This document shows, in pieces, positions 35,269 to 44,929 of a DNA stretch of 60,772 nucleotides. The notes under the pieces are model-generated. The model saw only the letters and a program-made list of their open reading frames with translations, was not told the DNA's origin and did not search any database. The stretch is from positions 1 through 60,772 of the forward strand of contig JAZRUR010000033.1 in the NCBI GenBank assembly GCA_045652625.1, written 5' to 3'. The DNA comes from Eubacteriales bacterium (GTDB taxonomy: Bacteria; Bacillota; Clostridia; Oscillospirales; CAG-382). The position numbers and the translations under genes were made by a program. How positions within the stretch are numbered: the stretch's first letter is position 1; each line of letters opens with the position of its first letter.

Positions 35269-36660
35269 ATGCAGATTAGGAAGTTGTTTTTTGGCGATAA
35301 AAGGTTTTACTCTCGCGTCGTCTCCCTCGCAGTACCTATAATTATACAAAACGGCATTACCAATTTCGTAACCCTTCTCGATAATATCATGGTTGGACGC
35401 CTTGGCACCGAGTCAATGTCGGGCGTTTCTATTGTCAACCAGTTCATATTTATATTCAATCTTTTGATATTCGGTGCCATTTCAGGCGCGAGCATATTTT
35501 CGGTACAATACCACGGAAAGAACGATTCAAACGGTGTCAGACACTCGTTTCGTTTTAAACTATATGTAAATATGCTACTGTCTATTGCGTCAATCGCGGT
35601 GCTGGCCTTGTTTGGCGACAATCTTATTTCTACCTTTCTTTTTGAAAACGACACAACAGGCGACTTAGCATTAACGCTTTCCGAGGGCAAGGAATACCTG
35701 AAAATAATGTTGATAGGCCTTATGCCTTATGCGATTTCTCAGGCATATGCATCTACCCTGCGCGAAACCGAACACACCGTTGTTCCAATGGTATCAAGTG
35801 TCATCGCCGTCGTCACGAATTTTGTTCTAAACTATATTTTGATTTTTGGCAAACTTGGTTTTCCCGCTATGGGCGTAAAGGGCGCTGCTCTTGCGACGTC
35901 GATATCGAGATTCGCCGAACTGCTTATTTTGGTGATATGGAGTCATCGAAACACCGACAAATGCCCTTGTTTCAAAGGCGTTTTCAAATCGTTATCGATT
36001 CCTTTACAACTTGTCAAAACAATGATAATTAAATCGCTTCCCTTGGTGGCTAACGAGTTTTTATGGTCGCTTTCGTTAACTTTACGAAACCAGTGCTATG
36101 CCACAAGAGGCATAGACGTTGTGGCTGCGCAAAACATCTGCTCAACCATTTTTAATCTGTTTTCCGTGATTTATATGTCGTTCGGTACGGTAATTTCTAT
36201 TATGGTTGGCGGACTTTTAGGTCAGGGACGTTTCCAAGAGGCGCGAGATACCAACCGCAAGGTGCTTGTCTGTTCGGTATGCTGCGGTATTACACTTGGC
36301 GCGATGCTGACACTTTGCTCGGGGATTTTCCCTAACGCATATAACACAGAGGCGGAGGTTAAAGAACTTGCCTCGTATATGATGATAGTATCAGGCATTT
36401 TTATGCCACTCTACGCGTTTAACAACAGTTCGTATTTTACGATACGATCGGGCGGAAACGTTTGGATTACGTTTATTATGGACAGCGGTTTTATGTGTGC
36501 CGTTATGTTTCCTGCAGTTTTTCTGTTTTCGAGATTTACTGCAATCGATATTGCCGCACTTTTTGTAATCGGTCAGGGTGCGGAAAGTCTAAAAGCGTTT
36601 TTTAGTTTTTATATGCTAAAAAAGAGCCAATGGACAAAAAATCTAGTTGCAGAAAAATAA
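35269..36660 (+). CDS. MATE family efflux transporter
   Basis: LAVPIIIQ, LDNIMVGRLG, GVKGAALAT; 12-TM two-repeat pattern. Confidence 0.92.
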   Translation: MQIRKLFFGDKRFYSRVVSLAVPIIIQNGITNFVTLLDNIMVGRLGTESMSGVSIVNQFIFIFNLLIFGAISGASIFSVQYHGKNDSNGVRHSFRFKLYVNMLLSIASIAVLALFGDNLISTFLFENDTTGDLALTLSEGKEYLKIMLIGLMPYAISQAYASTLRETEHTVVPMVSSVIAVVTNFVLNYILIFGKLGFPAMGVKGAALATSISRFAELLILVIWSHRNTDKCPCFKGVFKSLSIPLQLVKTMIIKSLPLVANEFLWSLSLTLRNQCYATRGIDVVAAQNICSTIFNLFSVIYMSFGTVISIMVGGLLGQGRFQEARDTNRKVLVCSVCCGITLGAMLTLCSGIFPNAYNTEAEVKELASYMMIVSGIFMPLYAFNNSSYFTIRSGGNVWITFIMDSGFMCAVMFPAVFLFSRFTAIDIAALFVIGQGAESLKAFFSFYMLKKSQWTKNLVAEK

Positions 36661-36690
36661 AAAATGACCGTCATGCAAGGCGGTCATTTT
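36661..36690. terminator. Bidirectional terminator between MATE and the Imm40-like gene
   Basis: AAAATGACCGTC-ATGCAA-GGCGGTCATTTT. Confidence 0.8.
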
Positions 36691-36719
36691 TATATCGTTT
36701 ATTACGGCTGAATCTTTTA

Positions 36720-37022
36720 TTATTTGGCAACTATCACAACATAATAATTAACACCATTCTTTTTAATATAGTTGGATATATATTCGTTTGCTTTTAAGAT
36801 ACTTTTGTTAGAATTATCTTTTAAATCAATATTTGCATTTGTATCATAATACCAATTATCATACGTATAGTCTAAATTTTCATTAAGAATATCTCCACCT
36901 AAAACTATATATGTATTTTCTTTACAATAATCTAGAATTTTGAAAATATCAGATATAGCCCAAGCCGTTTCACCACTGGTTGTAGTTAAAGAAGGTATTG
37001 ATGGATAATTAATATATTTCAT
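36720..37022 (-). CDS. Imm40-like immunity protein (orphan)
   Basis: ETAW, VLGGDIL, YTYDNWYY, SILKANEYI motifs; ATG 37022 with SD AAAGAGG; visibly AT-rich. Confidence 0.65.
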   Translation of the reverse strand: MKYINYPSIPSLTTTSGETAWAISDIFKILDYCKENTYIVLGGDILNENLDYTYDNWYYDTNANIDLKDNSNKSILKANEYISNYIKKNGVNYYVVIVAK

Positions 37023-37106
37023 AATAAACCTCTTTATGATTCGAGTAGAAATAACATATCTGCGATTTAAAAACGCCATGATTAATTATACAATGGATAT
37101 GAGTGA

Positions 37107-37251
37107 TTGTCAACAATCACCGGTCGTGATTCATTGCGAACTCCGTCGCTTACCGTGCAGTTCCACTGTACTCTCGCTTCTTACGTGTTGCAATCCTGTG
37201 ACGGTAAAAATGTGTTTCCGACACATTTTTACTCGCCCTTCGAATCCCCTC
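37107..37251. repeat. REP-like hairpin element ending in a T-arm mimic
   Basis: GTAAAAATGTGT-TTCCG-ACACATTTTTAC (37204-37232); CTTCGAATCCCCTC (37238-37251) is inverted relative to the tRNA T arm. Confidence 0.45.
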
Positions 37252-37264
37252 AGATACCAAAAGA

Positions 37265-37289
37265 AAAAGGACACATATCGTGTCCTTTT
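37265..37289 (-). terminator. Terminator of tRNA-Ser
   Basis: AAAAGGACAC-ATATC-GTGTCCTTTT immediately after CCA. Confidence 0.8.
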
Positions 37290-37295
37290 ATCTTT

Positions 37296-37384
37296 TGGCG
37301 CAGAGGGAGGGATTCGAACCCTCGTGTGGTTTCCCACAAACTGATTTCGAGTCAGCCCCGTTATGACCGCTTCGATACCTCTGC
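37296..37384 (-). tRNA. tRNA-Ser(CGA)
   Basis: GCAGAGG acceptor stem, anticodon arm CTGAC-TCGA-AATCAG with anticodon CGA, long variable arm GTGG-GAAA-CCAC, GGTTCGAATCC, G discriminator, encoded CCA. Confidence 0.95.
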
Positions 37385-37438
37385 GTATATAAAAATATTA
37401 AGTTGTATTCGTTTTTGGGGTATCATCTACGGGTCTAC

Positions 37439-37583
37439 GCCCCGTTATGTCCGGTTTGCGGTGATACGAATAAAATCGGCGCATCCGAGGGACACTTGAT
37501 TTTATTCGACCGCTGCACGAACTCGCGCTCGTTGCATCTGCCACTGGCAGCACTCGCGCTCGTTCCCGCTTCGATACCTCTGC
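37439..37583 (-). pseudogene. Partial duplicate of the tRNA-Ser 5' part, interrupted in the D loop
   Basis: 37566-37583 equals the first 18 nt of the tRNA exactly. After the insert, CGGACATAACGGGGC resumes the tRNA sequence (CGGTCATAACGGGGC) and then diverges. Confidence 0.75.
37455..37565 (-). mobile_element. Structured non-coding element, copy B
   Basis: GAAC..GCGC / GCGC..GTTC stem with inner CTGCC-AGT-GGCAG, then GCAGCGGTCG-AATAAAATC...GATTTTATT-CG..CACCGCAA. Confidence 0.6.
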
Positions 37584-37642
37584 ATATATTATGGAGATTA
37601 TGTTGTAACGATATTAGAGGTGTTTTGAACACCGCGAGGTAT

Positions 37643-37671
37643 ATTGTATCATGGCAAAACAATTTTTGCAA
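37643..37671 (-). promoter_or_regulatory. Promoter for the tRNA-Ser locus
   Basis: Minus strand TTGCAA-17 bp-TACAAT with TG extension, upstream of the interrupted copy. Confidence 0.65.
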
Positions 37672-37719
37672 CAGTTTTTTGAAAAATGTTTTGTCTTTTA
37701 GTTTTTTGTTTAGAAAAAG

Positions 37720-37749
37720 TCATGCACCTCGATGATTCGGGGTGCATGA
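37720..37749 (-). terminator. Terminator of the glucan synthase gene
   Basis: TCATGCACC..GGTGCATGA hairpin plus T tract on the minus strand. Confidence 0.7.
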
Positions 37750-37753
37750 TTTA

Positions 37754-40700
37754 TTATTTTATCGGGAGTTCAAGTTGATGATTGCCGTCTGTTAATGAAA
37801 GCGGAAAGGTTATCTCGTTATCATCAAGCGTTAATTTGCTGATTTCGTACGATGCTTTAATATGCAAGTTGGTGTTCCCACAATTAATATCTGCCTCATA
37901 TTCTATTTTTGGCGTTGCTGATATTAGCGTCCGGTTCGCACCGAATTTTAGACCCAAAACATATTCAAGCATTATTCGATAATACCACGAGGCTGCACCC
38001 GTATACCAACTCCAACCGCCTCGACCTGTATACTGACCTGAATAGATATCTGCCGCAACCGCATAAGGTTCGATTTTATATGCGCGTGACAACTCTTTGT
38101 CGGAACATCTTGCGGCAGGGTTGGCACAGTCCAGTATTAGTAACGCTTCCTCAGTCATGCCCGAAATAAGACAGCCAAGAGCACCCCAAAGTGCACCGTG
38201 CGTATATTGACCGCCGTTTTCGCGTATTCCTGCGACATAACCGCGAATATATCCGACCCTTGTTTCTCCGTTAGTGAACGGGGGAGAAAACAATTTGAAT
38301 ATTTTGTTTTTGCGGTCATAAAGCGTGTTGAATGCGGTATTTAATCCTAATCTTGTCCGTTCGGGATCGAGTTTTGCAATGGCGGCGAATGCTTGAGAAA
38401 GAATGTCTATTTCGCATTCATCACAACCTTCTATTCCCAATATTTTTCCGTCATCACAGATTGCACGTGCATAACGATCACCGAAAAATGCTTTTTCTTC
38501 GATATTATTGCGTAACGTTTTTACCGTTTCGCTGTAATGCTGTGCAGTTTCAAACTCGCCTCTTGCTTGGCAAATCGGTATAAACATTTTCGCGGCAATT
38601 ATGAACAAAAGCGAGGAAAAAACACTTTCGCCAATTCCTTTTTCGCCAACTAACGAAAAACCGTCGTTCCAATCGCAACTGCCCATCAGGATCAGTCCGT
38701 TTTTGCCGAACCGTTCGGCATAAGCAAGTGCACGTAAGCAGTGTTGGTATACGCTTTCTTTGATATCGCTTAACTCGGGTTGCTCATACCGTTCGTTGCG
38801 GTTGCCCAAGGGCGGTGACGAAAGGTAATGAACCTTGGTATCAAGTATTCCCGTATCTCCCGTCTTTTCGATATAATCGCACACTACTATCGGAAGATAA
38901 AGCATATCGTCCGAACATTTGCTTTTTATTCCTCGGTTCACTCTGCCGAAATGCCGTGTATGCCACCAATGCATTACGCACCCTTCGAGATACTGGTGAG
39001 CGCAACAGCGGAAAATATGGGTTCTGACCGTTTCGGGTGAGGAGTAGATAATGGATAACGAATCCTGAAGTTGATCGCGAAACCCGTATGCACCGCCGCT
39101 TTGATAAAATGAACCGCGTGCATAAAACCTACATGCGGATATTTGATAGGGAAGAAAGAAATTCATCATTCTGTTATGAGAATCGCTTCTTGTCGATATC
39201 TGTATGCGCGGTATGAGCGAATTTGCGAAGTCGTAGGCTTCTTTATACGCAGTTTCGAAAAACCGTTTGTTTATCTTTTGTGCTACCTTTTTTGCGCCCG
39301 ATTCGGTAGTACATGCGCCAAGAAAGAATAAAATATCGTTCTCGTTGCTGTAGATTGCGTTTTCGTTTTTATCGGTATAACCGTCGCAAACACCTGCAAA
39401 TCCGTAGCCTTCGGGGAAAGTCATGCCAAAAACGTTTTTAAACATAAGGCATTGGTTGGTCGATGCTGTAAATGCCTTGGTTTCTATACCGTTTACCGAT
39501 TGAACGCTATCGCCCATTACCGGTTTTACTTCAAAACATGTCTCATGTGAACTTCCTTTTTTATATTGAACACGAATCAATTTGACGGGAAATTTTGGCG
39601 GTATCACGACTGTAACGGTATAGGAAACGTCCTCTGCTTCACCGTGGTAGACCGCTCTGCCTTTTTCGTAAGTTACTTTGTTTGATATGGCACAAAGATC
39701 GTATTTTTTGCCGTTTGTCTTTAGATAAATTCTTTCTCCGTTATCTAAAGAGCGAACGTCGCCGTAAAACGAACAAAGTCTGCGCTCACGTGCATTGTCG
39801 TAAAAGGTATACCCAAGACTCGATTGCGTGATAACCGATGAAAAGCGTTTTCCTGTAAGCACAAAAGAATAGGGTGCTTTAGGGAGAGTACTTTTATCAA
39901 CGACAAATCCGTCGGTTATAAAATATCCGTTGCTTGATTTTGCCGCATCGCTTGGAACAGGCAACGGCGATGCATTTTGAGGTGAAGTGATTATTTCTTC
40001 AAACTTGCTTTGTTTATTTTCGGTGATACGCGGTGTATCGTTCGAAAAATCAATATAAAAATGCGCTTTGTTCTTTAGCGCGGAGAGCAGATCCGATGAT
40101 ACTTCTCCCTGACGAATCAAAAAAATACCGCCGTTTCTTCCGATATACTGAGAAACACCAACGTTCGCACAGCGTTCTCGAATCGACGCTTCGATAGGTC
40201 GGTTATAGTTGTCGCTGTCCGATATCATAAAGATCAATTCGCACCGTATACATGCACGTGCAAGTGAAAGAAACGACTTCAAAACAGCATCGGTACGCGT
40301 AACGGCAATTTCCGAAATCAAAACTACTGCCAAAGGGTGGTCGCCCGAAATGCCTCTGCTCCAAAGGTCGCCGATTCCGCAACGGCTGAATTCGGTCACA
40401 CGCGTTGCGCCCGAATTGTAAAGCAGAGAGGGAAGCATTCTTTCGAATATTTCCTCTTCGTTAGAAATCGGATAATTACCCTTGTTGGTTCGCGCAAGTC
40501 GTATATTTCCTTCGCATTCCTGTTTTGTTACACCGCAAGTGATTAAAAATTCCGAACGTCCGCCGTCAGCGTTTGATGCCCTAACTAAACATAGAGGGTC
40601 TATACATGCGCCGATTTTATTATCGGTTGTTTCAAGCGCATAATCCAAAGGACTTGATATTGAAGAAACCGAGAGGTTTTCCCGACTTGTTAAAAACGAA

Positions 40701-43700
40701 AAATTCATATCACGGTTGCGAGGTGCGACGGCAAGTGAAAAAACATATTTGCCGTCAAGACTGCTCCTGCGGTGAAAATATAAGATCCGCTTTTGCTGAT
40801 CGTATTCGCTTTCGATAAAAAGACGCGAAAACGAAATATGAGAAAGATACTTTTTTCGGCTTTCAAGCACAGGTTCAAAAACGAAAGTAATATCATACTG
40901 CTTTAATGCCTCTGCGCGTGTGCTTATACATAGACAGTTGCTGTTTTTTGCCATACTGTACCCCACACTGCCCGAAAACTCTTTGCCCGATACTATATGC
41001 GAAACAGAGTCGCTTTTGCGTTCGAACCCGTATCCGTCACCGCCGTAAAGCGGAACGCAACCGTAGGATTTTCCCGCACGTGAGAATACGACCCCTGCGG
41101 TAAAGCGCAGGGAATCCTTTTCGAATTCGGTATGAGTTATCATTTTGTCGCCGCAGTTTATTGCAATATGACCGCTGCTTGTGACAATGGCAGACAGGTC
41201 ACCGCGATTTAAAAGAACTGCAGTCGGGTTTTCCGGATCTGCACTTTCGGTATGACCGCTTCTTTTGATAATAGCACGTTTGGATTCTTCTAAACTGCCG
41301 AAGTTGTCCCCGAAAACATGAGCGTCTATCGGTATCTTTTCCTGTAAAAGTTCGTTTGCGGCAGACATGCTTTTGTCGGACATAAAACGTCTTACAAAAA
41401 TATTGTCGCGAATAGCGTTTATCGACGCGATTATGCTCATACCGACGTGATGTGCCATATAACTTTTTACGCATATCCCGTCGGAATCGCTGTTCATGTC
41501 AAGCGCCTCGTAGAATCCGTATTTTCCGTACATACCGCGCTTTTCAAGAGCAGAAAGGTTTTTCATCGCGGCATTTCCGTAGATACACAATGAAAGATAG
41601 GTTGAATAAGGCGAAATTATCTTTTCGTTAGATGCTATACGTCGCAAGGCGATAGATTGAATACCGTTTGCTTTGTATTGGTAGTGCATTTCGCTGTCAA
41701 AAGAGTAAAAACCGCTTTCGCTTACACCCCATATATCAAAAGCGGAACGTTGCACCATAAGCGAGAAAGCAATACTTTCGTACATGAATGAATCGCGGTA
41801 TAAAGGCAGAAAAAGTTGCGGCATAAGATACTCGAACGCCGTACCCGACCAACTCATCATGCCGATATAACCGCCCTTGTGGGTAAGGGTTCTGCCGAGT
41901 GCTCCCCAGTGCTTTTTCGGTACTATCGACGAGGCAACGGCGTAATACGCCGTCATTCGCGCCTCGCTCATAAGCATGTCATAACATCCCGAATCGGCAA
42001 TTCCGACGTTCCCTTTTATGCCTATACGGAACAGGTCGCGCCGATTATCGTAAAGAATACTTAAATCGGTTTGGGAAATAAGCGTCTCGATTCGCGAAAT
42101 AATGCTTTCAATACGGTTGTCTTCGCCGATATATTCTAATAACCCCTCTTTAAGCGCGACAAGCATAACGACAAAATTGCCGCTGTCCACCGATGAAACA
42201 TAACGGTCGCCTATAACGGTGAGATCGGAAATATCGTACCAGTTGAATAGATTGCCGTTGTATTTATCAAGGCTCTCGACTGTTTTAAGGCTGTTATCAA
42301 GATTTTCGTAGAGTTCGGTTGAGGTGATAAGGTCGATATCTCTTGCGGCAAGGAGCGAAACGAGATAGAATCCGATGTTTGTCGGCGAAGTGCGCATTGC
42401 AATGCTTGTAATCGGCGACAACTGAACATTATCGGGCGGAAGATAGTTTGTGTTTTCGGCTACGTTTTCGCGGTAGAAATCAAACATATCCGATACGTGC
42501 GCTTTGAGGATTTTTTTCTGTTTTTCGGAAACCGTCGGACGCGCTTCCTCGCCGCCACCGACATTGCGCGAGAGCACAAGTGAGATAAGCGGATATATAA
42601 AATACAAAAGACCTGTAAAGCGCATAAAAGGCGGACGCGCAAACATAAGCACGGTAAATCCGATAAGCGCGGAAACCGCACCGTCTAAAACGTATTTTCC
42701 GAGCGTACCCGAAAGTTTTTCTGTTTGTGCGGCGGTTGTCCATTCAAGCGTTTTCTTTTTGGTGAATAAACGGTAGAACGCAAGATAAAGCGCGTGTAAA
42801 GTAAGGGTTGCACGACGGCAACTTGACGATATTTCGAAGAATACGCGCATGAACGTTTGGGTAAGCATCGAATATGCTTTCGAGAAAAAACGCAAACATG
42901 CAAACGGAGAACCCGAAAATAAAAATCTAACCACCGTAAGCACACAAGGCAGTAAAAATTCGGAGTATGCCAATAAGAATAAGGATAATCCGCTTGTGCC
43001 ACTTAAAAAACAGCCTATTACTATTGCCAATATCGACGATATCGGAGATAGGTGTTTTAACGCCGTTAACAATAGTCTGACCTTAGAAAAGCGGTTGATA
43101 ATACCTGTAAAAAGAAAATAGAGGTTTTGAAAATCGCCCCTTAACCAACGGTGATGACGTCTGAAAAACGAAACGGTGTTTCCCGGCGTAGAGTCGGTAA
43201 AAGTAATATCGGACGCCGCCAATGTGCGCAGTATGCTTCCTTCGATAACGTCGTGGCTTAATATAAGTCCTTCGGGCAGTTTATCCGAAATAAGAGTATC
43301 GAAAAGCGATACATTAATAAGACCTTTACCGCAAAACGAACCCGAACCGAAAAGGGTTTGCGAACGCACAAAAGCCGCGTTTGCATAAACGTCAGCACCG
43401 CCCGCGCCCGAAATAAGACGCGAAAAACCTGTTCGGTAAGCACTTTTGAGTTCAGTACGAACCGTCGGTTGAATAATGCCGTAACCCGAAACTACACATC
43501 CGTCTTTTATAACGGGGCGGTTGGCAGGATGAAGCGCGACAGAAAGTAATTCGTTTACGCTGCCTACCGAAAGGTTGGTGTCGCTGTCAAGTGTGAGGAT
43601 ATACTTTATATCACGAATAAAATTTCCGCCGTAATATTCACTTTTTCCGCCGTGTATTATGTGTGAAACCAGTTCGCACACTGCACCTCGTTTGCGCTCC

Positions 43701-44815
43701 CAACCGCCGTATTTGTTTTCGCTTTTATTAAGAAGGCGTTCGCGGAAAAATAGGCAGAATCTTTCTCCGTGGAGTTTATTGAGTTCATCTATCTTTTTGT
43801 GGGCAGATTCGATTATTTCGTTATCGTTAAGTTGGTACGGCGAATCGGAATCGGGCAAGTCGGCGAGTAAGCAGAAATAAACGTTATCATCGGGGTTCAT
43901 ATATTTGAACCTTGACAGCGATTCGAACACCTTGTTGTCGCTTTTTCCGCCTGTCATGAGAGAAGCGACCGTAACAAGCGTTTTTGCGTTGTCGGGTATT
44001 TTGCTCAGCGTCAGTCGCGGTGCGCGGTAGGCGGGTACTGTCATGGATATTATTTGGTCTGCTATCGCGCCCGAAGCGACAGAAAACGGAATAAGGAGCA
44101 GCAAGGTGATCCAACCTATAAAATAAAACGATAAAAGCGACAGCAAAACAAAAACCGTTCCGAGTGTAAGATACCAAGCGGTCGCATAACTCTTTTTCGC
44201 CGAAAACAACATAGTTCCCAACGGTATCTTCTTCGTTGCCGATTCTTTAATAAGTCTTGTGACCGCTTCGGTTTCGGATATACTGTGCATTTTTGCGTAA
44301 TCGGCGACCGCTTTGCGGTATTGCCATTTTGTATCCGAATCGTAATCGTTGTATTGCTTTTCGTATTGTTCGAGCGATTCTTCGGGTTTCCATACCGACG
44401 GCAGAACATCGTCATACTCGGGGTCGGTTAGTGAATGGAGTAACTTTATGGAGTTTGGAAGCAAATCCATTTGTTTGTTGTCGGTAAGAATATTACCTAT
44501 CTTTATTATTGAGCAAACCGAAAGCAAAGTTCTTACCGCACATAATTCACGGTAAGAAAAATCATTTTTCTGTGTTTTTAAATATCTAATGAGTGTATTA
44601 GGAGTAGGAATATAATCTCGGTCCGCGCAATAGCGGTTGATTATATTGAACATATCGTCGCACTTTAATACTTGTTTATCGCTTAACGCTTTACGGTAGT
44701 GCTTGTCTATTACATAAAAATTATCGCAAAGCCAAGCCGAAACATCGCGTTCGCTTAATCTTCTTTTAATAACAATATAAGACTTTTTCAGTTTACCTCT
44801 TAGATTTGTATGCAT
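37754..44815 (-). CDS. ndvB: Cyclic beta-1,2-glucan synthase (Cgs/NdvB/ChvB family: GT84 + GH189/GH144-like + GH94)
   Basis: GWERKRG, TLDSDT, SHDVIEG, RHHRWLRGD; RTSPTNIG, SVDSGN, SEAR, SWSGTAFEYLMP, WGVSES, MAHH; FYQSGGAYGFRDQLQD, DWNDG, ENGGQYTH, GGWSWYTG. Confidence 0.9.
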   Translation of the reverse strand: MHTNLRGKLKKSYIVIKRRLSERDVSAWLCDNFYVIDKHYRKALSDKQVLKCDDMFNIINRYCADRDYIPTPNTLIRYLKTQKNDFSYRELCAVRTLLSVCSIIKIGNILTDNKQMDLLPNSIKLLHSLTDPEYDDVLPSVWKPEESLEQYEKQYNDYDSDTKWQYRKAVADYAKMHSISETEAVTRLIKESATKKIPLGTMLFSAKKSYATAWYLTLGTVFVLLSLLSFYFIGWITLLLLIPFSVASGAIADQIISMTVPAYRAPRLTLSKIPDNAKTLVTVASLMTGGKSDNKVFESLSRFKYMNPDDNVYFCLLADLPDSDSPYQLNDNEIIESAHKKIDELNKLHGERFCLFFRERLLNKSENKYGGWERKRGAVCELVSHIIHGGKSEYYGGNFIRDIKYILTLDSDTNLSVGSVNELLSVALHPANRPVIKDGCVVSGYGIIQPTVRTELKSAYRTGFSRLISGAGGADVYANAAFVRSQTLFGSGSFCGKGLINVSLFDTLISDKLPEGLILSHDVIEGSILRTLAASDITFTDSTPGNTVSFFRRHHRWLRGDFQNLYFLFTGIINRFSKVRLLLTALKHLSPISSILAIVIGCFLSGTSGLSLFLLAYSEFLLPCVLTVVRFLFSGSPFACLRFFSKAYSMLTQTFMRVFFEISSSCRRATLTLHALYLAFYRLFTKKKTLEWTTAAQTEKLSGTLGKYVLDGAVSALIGFTVLMFARPPFMRFTGLLYFIYPLISLVLSRNVGGGEEARPTVSEKQKKILKAHVSDMFDFYRENVAENTNYLPPDNVQLSPITSIAMRTSPTNIGFYLVSLLAARDIDLITSTELYENLDNSLKTVESLDKYNGNLFNWYDISDLTVIGDRYVSSVDSGNFVVMLVALKEGLLEYIGEDNRIESIISRIETLISQTDLSILYDNRRDLFRIGIKGNVGIADSGCYDMLMSEARMTAYYAVASSIVPKKHWGALGRTLTHKGGYIGMMSWSGTAFEYLMPQLFLPLYRDSFMYESIAFSLMVQRSAFDIWGVSESGFYSFDSEMHYQYKANGIQSIALRRIASNEKIISPYSTYLSLCIYGNAAMKNLSALEKRGMYGKYGFYEALDMNSDSDGICVKSYMAHHVGMSIIASINAIRDNIFVRRFMSDKSMSAANELLQEKIPIDAHVFGDNFGSLEESKRAIIKRSGHTESADPENPTAVLLNRGDLSAIVTSSGHIAINCGDKMITHTEFEKDSLRFTAGVVFSRAGKSYGCVPLYGGDGYGFERKSDSVSHIVSGKEFSGSVGYSMAKNSNCLCISTRAEALKQYDITFVFEPVLESRKKYLSHISFSRLFIESEYDQQKRILYFHRRSSLDGKYVFSLAVAPRNRDMNFSFLTSRENLSVSSISSPLDYALETTDNKIGACIDPLCLVRASNADGGRSEFLITCGVTKQECEGNIRLARTNKGNYPISNEEEIFERMLPSLLYNSGATRVTEFSRCGIGDLWSRGISGDHPLAVVLISEIAVTRTDAVLKSFLSLARACIRCELIFMISDSDNYNRPIEASIRERCANVGVSQYIGRNGGIFLIRQGEVSSDLLSALKNKAHFYIDFSNDTPRITENKQSKFEEIITSPQNASPLPVPSDAAKSSNGYFITDGFVVDKSTLPKAPYSFVLTGKRFSSVITQSSLGYTFYDNARERRLCSFYGDVRSLDNGERIYLKTNGKKYDLCAISNKVTYEKGRAVYHGEAEDVSYTVTVVIPPKFPVKLIRVQYKKGSSHETCFEVKPVMGDSVQSVNGIETKAFTASTNQCLMFKNVFGMTFPEGYGFAGVCDGYTDKNENAIYSNENDILFFLGACTTESGAKKVAQKINKRFFETAYKEAYDFANSLIPRIQISTRSDSHNRMMNFFLPYQISACRFYARGSFYQSGGAYGFRDQLQDSLSIIYSSPETVRTHIFRCCAHQYLEGCVMHWWHTRHFGRVNRGIKSKCSDDMLYLPIVVCDYIEKTGDTGILDTKVHYLSSPPLGNRNERYEQPELSDIKESVYQHCLRALAYAERFGKNGLILMGSCDWNDGFSLVGEKGIGESVFSSLLFIIAAKMFIPICQARGEFETAQHYSETVKTLRNNIEEKAFFGDRYARAICDDGKILGIEGCDECEIDILSQAFAAIAKLDPERTRLGLNTAFNTLYDRKNKIFKLFSPPFTNGETRVGYIRGYVAGIRENGGQYTHGALWGALGCLISGMTEEALLILDCANPAARCSDKELSRAYKIEPYAVAADIYSGQYTGRGGWSWYTGAASWYYRIMLEYVLGLKFGANRTLISATPKIEYEADINCGNTNLHIKASYEISKLTLDDNEITFPLSLTDGNHQLELPIK

Positions 44816-44929
44816 AATAACTCCTGACAGTAAAGGTAAATTTTACTTTATTATCGGCAGTTATGTGTTTTTTATGCCTGTAAACGAATAATAAGAAATA
44901 AAAAAGAGAATTAATAAACAAAAAAGGAA

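Noticed and set aside
37473..37483. AAATCGGCGCA shared between element B and the 65-bp repeat
   Set aside because: An 11-nt match with no extension; it could be chance and does not show common origin.
37455..37565. Group I/II or archaeal-type tRNA intron
   Set aside because: Too short, no catalytic core motifs seen, and the downstream exon lacks anticodon, T arm and CCA, so splicing would not yield a tRNA.
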